Position numbers and translations under genes: made by a program. DNA of 64,000 bases from Guillardia theta CCMP2712 (taxonomy: Eukaryota > Protista > Cryptophyta). Positions 1 to 14,000 of this stretch are shown one piece after another (positions within the stretch are counted from its first letter, which is position 1; every line of letters begins with the position of its first letter). The notes beneath the pieces are model-generated. The model made no database searches. It was given only the letters and a program-made list of their open reading frames with translations, and was not told where the DNA came from. The stretch spans positions 735,061 through 799,060 of the forward strand of contig NW_005434667.1 in NCBI RefSeq assembly GCF_000315625.1, in the 5' to 3' direction.

Positions 1-2351
1 AGCAGACCGATCCCCCGTACACATCACACTGACTTCCCGTCCACTGTGCATCACATAGACAACTTTGCGTTGAGTTGAGGCCAGGGACGCAGGTTCCGTG
101 CCCTCCGCAGTCGAGCGCACAAGAGGCATTCGCATTGACGGAGCAATCCACGCCACCCCACCCGCTATCGCACACGCAGACAGCAGTAGAAACGTTGGTA
201 GTGCAAACCCCGTGTCCTGAGCAGTCTCTAACGCACCCAGTGACGCTGCAGTCCCCGCCTACCCATCCAAGATCGCAGAGACAGACCCCTACCCGACCCT
301 CGAGACCTATCTGATGCTGGTAAGACAGCGAGGACGCGTGCTCGTCGAACAGCGGAAGACCGAGAGACGTCGCTGGTACACCCGTGAAGCAGCCAAGGAC
401 ATAATTCCAGTTCGTCTCGATCGCTTCGACCCCATCGATCACGAACGTGTATGGCAGACTGGAGTCGACTTGCACCGCTGTGCGGACATGGTAACGATAC
501 GTCCCATCCGCGAGCTGGCGACCATTGCAAACATCGAGTTGGACATCGACGTCCTGCTTTGACCCTGCAAGAGGCCCGTAGATAGGGTATCCGTCCAGCG
601 CGTAGCCCAGCAGGGTCTCCTGGTTCACCTTGGTGTTGCAGCCAAACAAGGGATGGTGATAGTGCCACATGCCGGTGGAGGAGGCGTGGCCGTAGCAAGG
701 GACAGCATTGAGCCCTTCCATCGCGTTGCTTCCATCAGTGAGCAGTGGCCCGAAGATAGGGATCCCATTCAGAGCCACTGCAATCATACCATACTTGGGG
801 AGAGCGAATCTTTTGCCAATGTTTCTTGGGACTGAATGAAGAACGAACCTCCAGCTGAAATCGCAAAGGGGCATGCTTGCACTCGACGCCACAAAGTGGT
901 TGGGAATTCCGTTCGATATGATCTGACGCCTGTCTGCTGAGTCCAGGATCTCAACATTGCTCTGGTGCAGACTTGGTATTCCAAATAAATCTCGCTCGCA
1001 ATTGTCCACCATGTCCATCTTGCTCTTATACCTTGCATTGTGTAAAGACTGATCGTCGAAGATCCAAATATCAGGAAGGAGATCCGATCCGGACCAAAAC
1101 ACGTTTGCTGCACTGTCGAGACAGGTACCATGTCCGGAGCAGTTGTGCTGTTGCCCTAGCCCGCAAGAGATTGCCGGGAGCGAACAGTCAATAGCATAGT
1201 AGCCAGGGTCGCACTCGCAGGTTCTGTTATTCGTACAAATCCCATGAGCAGAGCAATTGTTGAAACATTGCGAGCTCTCACATCCTAAGCCGGAGAATCC
1301 AAAATCACAGGCACATGTTGCATTCGTGCACAAACCATGGCCACTGCAATTGAATGGACAGTCAACAGGCGAGGTGCAATCTACCCCACTCCATCCGAGA
1401 TCACATATGCATGTTCCGTTTTGACAGCTCCCCCTGCCCGAGCAAGATCCTGCACAAGTGCTGCTCGCAACAAAGATCTCACAACCTATTCCAGTCCATT
1501 GAATGTCGCAAGAGCAAGTCCCATTATTACAGGAGCCATGACCACTGCATGAATTGTAACATGACATAGTGTTACAATCCACACCTTCATAGCCGTTTTG
1601 ACAAGTACAGACTCCATCAGAGCAAGTGCCATGGCCAGAGCAATTGTTATAGCACATCTGATTCGAACAATCGCTTCCAGACCAGCCCAAGTCACAATTA
1701 CATTGCCCTGTACTTGAGTCGCAAATCCCATGTTGAGAACAGTTGTTGAGACACAAAGCTAAGGAACAATCTGGCCCAGTAAACCAGAGATCACATACAC
1801 AAATCCCATCTGCATTTGGAAGGCCTACATGACAACAAAACATCAGCATATGAAGCAGCAAGCAAGTTTTATCTACCATGATTTGAGCACTTTTGTGCAG
1901 CGTCGATCACTTCGCATCCTAACCCCAGATATCCCTTGTCACAAGTACAGATTCCCCCAGGGAGACACAAACCATGACCGCTACAATTCCCTGACCCCAG
2001 ACAGATCGCCTGTGAGCATATGGTACCAGTGTACCCTGAATCACATATACATCCTCCCGCACTGGAGCAGGAGCCATGGCCTGAACAGTTACTTGGACAC
2101 AAGGACTGCGAGCAGTTAGCTGAAGTCCATCCTGGACTACACAGGCATCTTGGGCCTCGTTGGCATATTCCATGCCCATAGCAGAATCCTAGATCCTCAC
2201 ATGTACGAACTCTCTCGCATCGCCCACCGGCAAAACCTAATCCGCAATTTACATTGTAGCCTGGCTGCTGGATCACTTGCGACGTTGTGTCACTCGTGCA
2301 ACAAAGAGCCAATATCAGAAAAGCACTTGAGGAGATCGTGTACCCTTTCAT
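1..2351 (-). CDS. Secreted/surface tenascin-type EGF-repeat protein with an internal YHYH domain (3' end runs off the window)
   Basis: Signal-like start MKGYTISSSAFLILALCC; repeated CxxxCSGHGxC...CxCxxG(W/Y/F)xGxxC units; short intron near 1826-1875, then an open frame to base 1. Between about 930 and 380 the frame reads IISNGIPNH...IAVALNGIPIFGP...CYGH...WHYHHP...LLGYALDGYPIYGP...LDVCNGR...GTYRYHV...YVLGCFTG. Confidence 0.85.
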
Positions 2352-2744
2352 GCCTGAGGGTCTAACTAAATACAATCTTCAGCGCTTGTTATCTTACAGA
2401 GAATTGATTTGAAACATGGAAAGCCGAAATGCTCGTCGGTGGCTCCGATTTACCCCTGAGACAGCAACAGGTACTTTGAAGACCCTCATCACACAAGAAA
2501 GAATAATGGGAACGAGGCAGCCCAATGAGCCTGAACGACCGATCAACGATGAACTGAACTATTTTGTTGTGAACACATCATCATGTTTAGTCGTTTCAGC
2601 AACCTCCCAGGCTGTTCAGACCGCTCCTCCCTTGTCTCTTCATCTATCTCCCCCGTCGCATCCTTTTCGCTTGCTCCTCCTCTACCTTAGCCTCCGCCCC
2701 TCGCCTGCCGACCGCCATTGCGGTCCGTTGACCGGCACTCATCC

Positions 2745-2865
2745 CCTACTGCGGGACCCCACCCCTATACCCTTGAAACCCCCTACTTTGTCACCAATAC
2801 TTTGCACCCCTCCCAGTAAACAAAAAACACTTTTAATGTATACCGAGGGGGGCTCACCCACTTGA
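2745..2865. promoter_or_regulatory. Putative bidirectional promoter with CCCCTAC/ACCCC motif cluster
   Basis: Non-coding gap between divergent EGF (-) and MATH (+) genes with several CCCCTA(C/T) motifs; the same motif recurs at other divergent gaps. Confidence 0.4.
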
Positions 2866-2970
2866 CATTTTATTTCCGTGAAATGAGGGAAGGAGGGAGA
2901 AACGAAGGAAGGGACTGAAGAGGAGGAGGAGGAGAAGAGGAGAGGAGGGAGGGGAGGGGTCTGAAGAGAT

Positions 2971-5900
2971 ATGAAGAGACAGTTCGTGAATGATGTGACA
3001 TACAAGAAGACGGGAGACTTCACTACGACCACATGGACAGTGGGCCCCTTCAGGCAGTTGTCCTTCGGGGATAGCGTTTCGTCGAGCAAGCCTGTTCCTG
3101 CAGGAGACAATGAATGGAAGTTCACCTTGTTCCCAAAGGGACTCACCGACCCCGATTGGATCTCTCTCTACATCACCAATATTGATCTGGAGCTCGCAGA
3201 CGCGAGCAGCGAGGCTGGCAGCAAGAAGCGAGCCATTGCAAGCATCAAAGTTACATTCGAGCCGAATTCTTTGGAGAAAGATGACGACAAGAAGAAGAAG
3301 GAGGGGATGAATGACAACGCTAGTGTCACATCAAGTGCCCGTTCCCGCAGCAGCGCAGGTTCATCCCTGTCCAAACTGTCGAAGATGACTGGAAGCACGG
3401 GACGTTCATCGTCAGGATCTCGAGTCTCTGGCTCGCAAGGTTCTGCCGGGAGCAAGGGGAGCAATGCAGCAGCAGCAGCAGCAGCCGTCCTGATCGAGAA
3501 GTCGCTCTCCCAGCAGTTCTCAGCTGCTGAGCCGAGCTGGGGATTCGAGCAATTCTTGGAAATGGACAAGGTGCTTTGGCAGAATGTGCTGGATATGCGC
3601 ACACTGAACTTCTGTTGGTAGGTGTACAACGTGAAGACATTGTTCATGGGCAATGTGCCTGGCAAGACGTCTGCTGAAAAGGCCGCCAACGTTCAAGATG
3701 GAACCCTGACGATGACTATCGACATCCTTGCGATCACTGGGCTGAACTTCGAGGTTAAGATGGAATTGTTGTTTCCACGTGGAGCGGTGGTTTGACCAGC
3801 AGCTTTTCCTCCAGATACCGGAGAACGACCCAGACATTACGGATGGAGGTCAGCAGAGAACGAAATGGGCCATCGTGGATTTCAAGGTGTTGGAAACTTG
3901 AACCTTGTTCGATTCCTGGCGTCCTCCCTGAATGCAACGCAGACGCTGGCGAACAAGATCGCTGCCAATCAGAAAGTCTCTTCAGCCATATTCCGTTCGG
4001 ACGGAGATTGGTACCTTGACATGTATCCCAACGGGTACTGGGGGAGTGAAGAGATCCCTGAGGAGAAGTATGTCTCGATCTATCTGCACTCTTCCAGGAA
4101 GCAGATTGAGATGGCGGATACCCTGAAGCGGTCGTACAAGATAGGGATTTTGAAAGCAAACCCCCTGAAGCCTGAATTCTATGAGGCCCTTGGAGAAGAC
4201 CCAAAAGTCTACTACCCACCAGACGCATCGTCGTTCACCAACACCTTCAACGGTTTGAGGAAATCGTTTGGAAGGCAGAAGTTCATCAAGTTGAAAGAAA
4301 TCATCAATGGACGAGAAATAGACAAGAAGGTCTGTAGATCGCACACTGAAAGTGAGAATGCCAGTGAGCTCTGCTTGCAGGTCTTGGCGTCGATCGATGA
4401 AGAACTGATCCCCAAGCAGCAGGAGCTGAAGAACGAGCTGGTTCAGGGAAACTACAACAAGGGAGGGACGGTGGTCTTCATCTTGGACATGGCCGTGACC
4501 GATATCGAGACGTCGATGATTCAGGAGATGCTCTGGGTCCTCCCAACGTTCGGAGCAAAGGTTCTGCAGCAGTGCCCAGAGACAAACGTCAAGTTGTCTC
4601 AGTCCGGCATGTTCGGAGGGTCCGTAGAGTCTTCGAGGTGCTACTTCTGCGGCAGGTTATTTGCCTTGTCGGCCTTGGATGTCGATAAGGCGACGAGGAT
4701 GCCGCAGTTTGGCTATGAGATCGGCAAAGAGCTGATCATGGACATCCTGATGAGGGAGGAGGAGAACAAGCTGCAGGCGGTCTTGCGATCGCTAAACCCG
4801 TCGCAGCAGCTTATAGCGGTCAACAAAGTCATCTCGAAGTCGATCAAGAAGTATCAGAAGCAGGTGAAGAAGGATGAGGTGGCTGCAGACGACAATAGCA
4901 GCATGGACGACAGCGACGAGGACGACGGCACTAAGACGTTGAACCCTCTGAGAAACCGCAAGCGCGAGAAGGAGCTCGCGCGGCAGCTGATATTTGAAAA
5001 GAAGCTAGAGGCGCTGAGGGCTGAATTAGAAGACGCTCACTTCGCAAAGCCAGTCTGCTCGCGATGCAGAGAAGCGTGCAAGGCTCTCGATGCTTGTAAG
5101 ATCATGACAGGCAGGACCGTCCGCGCGCAGACGTTGGTCAACTTGGGCAATCCTGACGGCTCCACGGCGACTCCTCGTGGTAACAACACAACTGCAGCAG
5201 ATACCTCCATCAAGGATGTGTCCGCCATAGTGTCCCCACGATCCTCCTCAGTCAGATCCTGGAAGTCTGGCTCGTCTCGGACGTACGGGTTCCGCATGGG
5301 ATGGAAAGAGAAACTGTGAGACTTGTTGCCTTCATGCCTTCCTCCTTCCCTCCTGCCCACCTCCTCTCCTATCGCTGATAGTCGATGTGCAGGGACAAGT
5401 GCATGAAGACTATCGAGAGCGTGAAAGAATCGATGTCGAATATAGACTGTGCGCCGACGAGGGAGATGAGGAAGCAGCCCAAGGTCGCGGCGATCGGAGG
5501 GGCGAAGGAGCGGGAGGGTGTCGGGTACAATGCGATGGTTCTGGTGCAGGGTGGGAGGTATGGAGACCCTCCAGAGCTGGCGAAGAGATGCAACGGGCGA
5601 GTGAATGCGAGCAACCCATTCAGTGACGACGACACCATCTCCCGCGATGCTTTCTGCGACGTCAGGTTTGACAGGAGGGAGAACTCAAAGACTCCCGAGC
5701 AGGTTCACTGCCTGCTCACTGGCAAGGTCTTCTGCAAGACGTGCGCTAGGTTCAAGGTGTCGATCCCAGAGCTCGAAGATGATCCGGAGTCTACCAAGAA
5801 GACCATTGTCCCTGCTTGCTTCGACGCCTACCTTGAAAGAACCTCGATCGCTTCTGGTCATCACACCCTGCATCCCTCTCCCTCCCTCCCTCTCTCCCTA

Positions 5901-6192
5901 CCTCCCTCCACCTTTCTCGCTCTTCCTCTCCCTCCCTTTCTTGCGCTCAAGCTCCCCTCCAGGCCTGATCCGCTACAAGTCGGATAAGCCACCAGCTGCC
6001 GAAGACGGCCTGAACCGAGCAGTGATGCCGCCGGCGCAGGAGGAGGAAGAGGAGGATGACGAGGTGATTGAAATCTCAGTATTTATTTTAAAGTTTAACG
6101 GCTACGAATCCGATTCGCAGGGCTTCCTCGAGATCATCCGGAAGATTCCGTTCTGTGGAGAGAAGATTGCAGATCAGATCAATCCAGAATGA
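2971..6192 (+). CDS. Tandem MATH (TRAF-like) domain protein with coiled coil and degenerate FYVE-like zinc finger
   Basis: MATH1: TWTVGPF...WKFTLFPKG...WISLYI...SWGFEQF. MATH2 after introns: KWAIVDFK...WYLDMYPNGY...YVSIYLH...SFGRQKFI. C-terminal VHCLLTGKVFCKTC...VPACFDAY resembles FYVE. Several GT-AG introns. Confidence 0.75.
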
Positions 6193-6236
6193 GTCGGTCG
6201 TGAGTGTGAAGTAAGACACTAAGTCATGTTGAGATG

Positions 6237-8094
<1,858 letters not shown>

Positions 8095-8418
8095 GTCTCA
8101 ATTAGGAAGAAGTTGTTGAACGACCTGCGATGATGAGCATGTTACAAGCACAACAATCTGACAGGTTGGATCGCAAACCATTGTGGGGTCATCCTTCTCT
8201 GCATCTTTCTCCTATGAAACTACTTGTTCATGATCTAAATCTCATACCTCCTGTCCTCCTTATCTTTCCAACGCTGCTCTATTCTATCACGCTGCCCATC
8301 AACATCGCCACAACTGCCCTGCCCTCCTCGCCTTTGTCATTTGCTTGCCACATCGCCCCATCCTACCCATCCCTTGATCTCCTCCATCGTGGTCGCGTTC
8401 CTGTTCAAGTCTCGACAC

Positions 8419-8460
8419 GTCCCCGTCCCCGTCCCCGTCCCCGTCCCCGTCCCCGTCCCC
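8419..8460. repeat. (GTCCCC)7 microsatellite
   Basis: Seven perfect hexamer copies. Confidence 0.95.
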
Positions 8461-8773
8461 GCTCGCTCCTGCTTCTGGTCCTAATCTATCTCGCTTTTGT
8501 CCTCTTCGTCCTCGTCCCCATGGCCCGCCATACAGGCGCTCCGACCAACGATTCATGACAGGAAATGGGAAACGTTGAGTCGTCGTGTGGGTCTCAGAGG
8601 GGGTGGGTAGAGAAGATCCTTACGGAAGGGGTAGGGGTGGCCCAAAAGTGTGGGGGCGGAAAGCATGATGGTTGCGATCATGGCGAACAGGGAAGGACGA
8701 TGCTCGTGATGGCAGGAATCATTGACTGAAAGCTCGACTAGCCAACTCTTGAGGGTTCCTGTCAACTCAGATC

Positions 8774-9640
8774 ATGAAGCGCTATACTCTTTTCCTGTTA
8801 ATCTTCGCTGTCTCCCTTTTGTATTGTCCGGGATTCGTTTCGTCTAATCTTGATTTATCCTCCTCCTCCTCCAAACATGTTTTTGTGCATCACTTCAATG
8901 CTCGAGACTCCTACAGCTTGATTCAGAAATACAGGAAAAGATCTCAGTGCGACCAGGCAGTCTGCTTGAGAAGTCTCCGGGGTGGAAGCAAGCAACGGTC
9001 ACCAACTAATGCTACTATCATGAAGGTGTTGAATTTCAGCGAAACAGATAGCAATATTTTGTTCAATCGAACCAATTCTTCTGCACCCAAGTATGCATGG
9101 GATGCTAAGAAGAAAGTCTGGATATTGCATAAGCGTCCAACGGACAACTGGTCGGTGGAGAGCTTGAAGTCACGTTGGAATTTTGCACCAGACGAATGCC
9201 TGGTCTTCCGGCACAGGAAACCTGACAAGTGGCAGGAAATTCCTGGCGCTCCTGGCTGGCTGGGCTGCCTGGAGTTCTGCATGTTTGTGACGCCCATCAT
9301 GAACTTTGTGCTCTTCATGATCCGCGGGTTCAACGTCTGCGCTGTCTGCGGGAAGAAACGTAGCCAACACCCGCTGAGGAGCTCGAGGGATGCGGATCGT
9401 GCTTTCTGGGAAGCGGTTGTAGACAGGGACATCGAGCTGGCAGTGAGAATTGTGCGAGGGGGGCTGGAATGTCCTCCCGGAGGACACAACTTCTGTCTCG
9501 TGACCTTCCTCATCGCCAACTACTGCAAAGACGCGTTCAAGAACGTCCCTGACCTGGACCAAGAAATGGCCCACTACCACCTGAACCATCCGCCAGAGTT
9601 TAAGAGAGGATGGTTCGGTTACTACAACCCTTACCTTTGA
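8774..9640 (+). CDS. Hypothetical protein with signal peptide, Ser/His-rich leader ending in LRSLRGG, a hydrophobic segment and CxxC
   Basis: Single 288-aa ORF; hydrophobic N-terminus MKRYTLFLLIFAVSLLYC; VCAVCGK motif. Confidence 0.7.
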   Translation: MKRYTLFLLIFAVSLLYCPGFVSSNLDLSSSSSKHVFVHHFNARDSYSLIQKYRKRSQCDQAVCLRSLRGGSKQRSPTNATIMKVLNFSETDSNILFNRTNSSAPKYAWDAKKKVWILHKRPTDNWSVESLKSRWNFAPDECLVFRHRKPDKWQEIPGAPGWLGCLEFCMFVTPIMNFVLFMIRGFNVCAVCGKKRSQHPLRSSRDADRAFWEAVVDRDIELAVRIVRGGLECPPGGHNFCLVTFLIANYCKDAFKNVPDLDQEMAHYHLNHPPEFKRGWFGYYNPYL

Positions 9641-10139
9641 CTCGATGGATGTCTTGCGAATACAAGATGCATTCCCACAAGCTCCGATACCTCAACCCTT
9701 AGCTCTAGGGTGCGTAGACTCTGATCAATACTGATGCAGCGATACGATGCAAGTCCACGTCATGCTGATGGTGCGGAGATGTTGTTTGAGAATCACGAAT
9801 TTGTAGCATCCTCGTACACTTTCATTATTATTCAACATATGAACTCGTTCAGTGCGTGGTCCTTGGCCCGCTGAATCAACTTTGCTCTGTTGAAGGAAAG
9901 AAGCACATCACTGCAGCATCGGATTCATCAAGAGAAGCTGTCACTCTAGCAACTGTCATTGCTACCATTGCTACGACCAGATCGAGTTGACTAGCTAGTA
10001 GTAGTCTTGTGAGAACATAAGAGCTGGTTCGATGTCGGACGAATAGGCAATTTCCTGTTAAAGTTTTAGGCAGAAAAGCTTGAAAAGAGGTTTAAATTTA
10101 CTGAAATGTGACTAAAATAACTCGTCCAACGGCTGAGCA

Positions 10140-10989
10140 ATGCTGTCGGGGAGCGACGAAGAAACGTATGAAGGTGAGGAAGAGGACGAGGAGAAGGGGG
10201 GGGGAGAGAGAAAGTTTTCCCCTCGGATAATTCATTTCTTCGCCAGGGAATGTGCAGGATGCACAGAACACGTCTGAAATCAAGTTCGAAGAAGAAGAAG
10301 GTGAATCGGAGTTGACTCCCGATGGCTTGGCGTACAGGGTCACCACCATAGATGCGGAGATAGAGAAGTAACCATCCTCTCGTCATCACGGTTGACTGAC
10401 GACGTGTGAAGGTTCTTGGAAGTTGACAGCTGGAACCATCAGCACGGCTTCGAGGATGTCGGGGACGATGTCGAGGAGAAGTACGTGGAGGAGCTGAAGA
10501 CTGCCATTGTGAGTGCAGGAGGACAGTGCTGATCCTATCCGCGAGACTGAACGGTGGTTGGCACCGGTAGGCTGCAGGGGACGAGAGGAGAGGCAACATT
10601 AAGAAGGGTTTCGAGGAGGAAACGTCGAGGCTCGTTAGCATGGAGATGGAGATCCAGGCGCTGGTGCAGGACTTGGAGCGAGTGGCGAAGGATGCGAACA
10701 CAGCGTATGAGGAGGAAGCTTCAGCGGGGAAACCTGCCAGCACAAGCGAGCAAGTGAACCCTTACTTGGAGTACAGGAACATCTCAGGTGGTCACGAAGT
10801 GACAGAGGGGGGAGGAGGAGGAGCTGATGATTTCTTGATGGTGTAGGGGAGGACAAGAAGGTGGACGACGGGCATACACGAAGCAAGATAGCTCGTCTCA
10901 AGGCAGAGAACGACATTCTGAGAGAATGCCTGAAACAGGGAGGGAGAGGCAACTTCTCCGCCTTTGTCGACATGGTCGCAGGGAGATAA
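10140..10989 (+). CDS. Small acidic coiled-coil hypothetical protein (multi-exon)
   Basis: MLSGSDEETYE start; exons flanked by GT/AG; ...MEIQALVQDLERVAK...IARLKAENDILRECL...VAGR*. One internal junction is not resolved. Confidence 0.5.
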
Positions 10990-11076
10990 CTCGAGCAGAC
11001 GGCGAGATTTTATTCATTCATAACAACATTTGACATCTTCAGCATGCATTTACATCTCAAACACAACAAGATCTCC

Positions 11077-14000
11077 TCATCCCTTGTGATACACAGACCT
11101 CAACTTCTCCAGCAAGTCCAGGATGACGTCCTGATCGCAGTCAAGAATGTCCTCTGCTCTCATTGCCATGAGTGTCCTGGGCCTGCGGGCAAGGTTCAGC
11201 CTCTTCCTCCCCTCCCCTCCCCTCTCCTCACATCGATGGCCTCAACGCGAACGCACTGATAGCCTTCCTGATGTTGTGGAGTGAAGCTGCGCGCGTGCGA
11301 GGACGAGCGTCCCATCCCTTGACATCATCTCGTGAGGAGAGGAGGAAAACGAAATTGCAAGACCTTCATGCGGCGAGTGCCTGCCAGAGGCTCGCAGAGG
11401 CAAGCGAGCTCGCAAAGCAGCACTCCGTCACTCTGACAGGGAGGGAGGAGGAGAAGGAGGAGAGAAAGAGAAAGCAGTGACAGGCCGACAGGTGCACAAG
11501 TGTGTGTAGAGCAGGACAAGCGAGTATAAGAGTGTGAGAAACGAAATGAAGAGGCAAGCAACAACGAGAGATGAGGGTATAGGGAGAAAGAAACGAGATG
11601 GCGGAAGAAAGTCAGGTCTGGCGAGGAGAAAAGAGACTGGAAGATCGCAATCAATGACTCACCCACTCTCTGCAGAAGTTGCTGATGGTCGAGGTCCCGT
11701 CCAACACGATCCGCGGCCAAGAGATCGGGAGCTTGCTTATCCACCGCTGTACCCCCCGCATCTTGTCGAGCGAGCTCAAGACTCTCCAGCGATCCTGCGA
11801 GCTGCTCCGTGGTCGAGACTTGTTCTCCTCCGCTTCCTTGCTTTCCTCGTCCTTCTTGTCCTCCCATCCCCTCCACTTGTGTTGCGATCTTCCTCCTTGA
11901 CTGTAGCGATCTGCGACGAGGAGGGAGGAGGAGGAGGAGGAGGAGGAGGCTGAGCGCGGGCCCATCATATCGCTGATGCGGTGGAAGTGACTTCCTCTCT
12001 CTGCCACGTTGACCTCTTGCGGACAGGAACATCTGAGGAGCTCTCCTTGCCGTCTGGAAGTTGGTCAGCCTGATGGATAGGGGAAGAAAAACAAGGAAGA
12101 GCCGGAAGAGGAAGAGGCGGAAGAGGGAGAGGAAGAGAAGGAGGAGCAAGAGGAGGAAGAGGAAGGTGAGAAAGAAGAGGGAAGGGATGAGAGAAATCGG
12201 GTTCAGGAGGGAGTAAGGGAGTGAAACTGCATGTACCCAAGGAAGGGAACTTCAACTCCCCTTCGCAGGATCCTCAGACCTGACGAAGCAGGAGAGTCAC
12301 GAAAGTGGACGAAAGGGTCAGAAGGACGAGGAGCAAGAAGAGCAGAAAAAGCGCGAGAACAAAGAGAAGGGCATCCATGAGGAAGGGGAGGAGGAGGAGG
12401 AGGGGAGGGACCGGGGGCAAGGCCGTGGTAGCATCGCATCAGGTCCTCCAGAAGAGCCAGCAGTGCCTCCTTGTTGCCTTCTACAACCTGGTCGAGCGGC
12501 AATGAGACTCGCACTGCTGCGCCGCCGCCTTTCTCACCTTGTCGATGAACTTCAGGAACCGATGCCCAACCGTCTGCACCTTGGCCAGCTGCTCGCAGAC
12601 GTTCCTGGGGACAAGGAGGGATGAGCGGGGAGAACGCAGACAGGGACAAAGGTCACATCATGTTCCTCGCCGCGAGCATCCTCGACTTGACCGAGTGATT
12701 CACCGCGATCTTCTTCCCCGTCGCGAAGCTGGCGATCTCGGCAAGTGCAACTCCGTCCAGCAGCGCCGCGAACAAGCTGTTGATGGTGAAGGCTGCGGTC
12801 ATAGACGTCTGGGGGTGCTGGTGATGACGATAGGGTGTCATCTCCACCCCATACTTCGAGAAGTCGATGGGAAGCTCCTTCAGCCAGCGCACCAGCGCGA
12901 TCTCCAGCAGCGCCTTCTGGTCCTTGCTGTAAAGCAGGATAGCATCCGCCGCCTCCTTCCCGTCCTTGAGGCTCTTCGAGCTTGACAGCATGCCGTCTCC
13001 GCAGTCCTCCGGGGAGAGAAGAGAGCGGTGGACGTTGGAGTACTCCTTCTTGAGAGAGTAGAGGAGGGACCAGATAGCGTTCTCGTCTCCCTGCACAAGT
13101 TTGCTGACGTCTAGATTCCTCTGCAGCTTGGAGAAAATTCTCAGGGCGATCTCGACGTTGTTCTCTGCCTCCACAACGTTCCTCGGCTGCCACACAACGC
13201 CGCTCATGCTGCTCTTCTCAAGGATCTGCCGCAACTAGTCAAGCAGGATGGCTATCATGTCCTCCCCTCCCCACCTGCGCCAGTCGGGCGAGCAGGACGC
13301 CGTTGCGAAAGGGATCTTCGATCAGCGACAGGTGCAGGCGCGAGAGGTCGGCGAACTCAAACCTGCAAGGACGGTGAGCGAGTGTGTGAGAGGCAGGAGG
13401 CTGAGCTGACGTCCTGCTGAGGTACTGGTGGAGGTTCAGCTGCTGCAGCCACTTCAGAACTTCCCTCCTTATGGTCTTGATCCCGAGGTAGTGATGATGA
13501 TCGAGGATGTCGCAGGGAGCATCTTCTGGCATCTTTGATGACGTGGCATTGCAGAGGTCGGAGGACTCGCCTACCGTCGGATCATTGTCATTCCTCCATT
13601 TGTCATGCTGTGCCTGTCTCTTTCAGTGCCCGATTAGTGAAGGAGAGACCTCACTCTCACCTTCCTCCCTAGCTGCTGGTGATTTCGAGCCTCCAGACCT
13701 TCTTCATGATTAGACGATTCGAGCGAACACGCACGTCCGTCTCATCTCACTCTTTCGTTTCGTCGAGAAGCACCGCGCAAGGACGTTCAGGAGCCTCCAG
13801 GCAACGAAAGAGCTCTCCTCCACCAACGAGTTCTCGTCCCACAGGCAGTCACTGCGCGACAGATTTCTCCACAGGACTTCTCGGTGCCCACGGAATTTCT
13901 GCCGAGATCAGAAGCGTCAAAGGGAGGTTGCGTGGGAGGGGATGGTATTGACCTGCAAGGCGATCCTAATGTTGTTCAGCCTTTGCGCCTGCCCTCCAAA

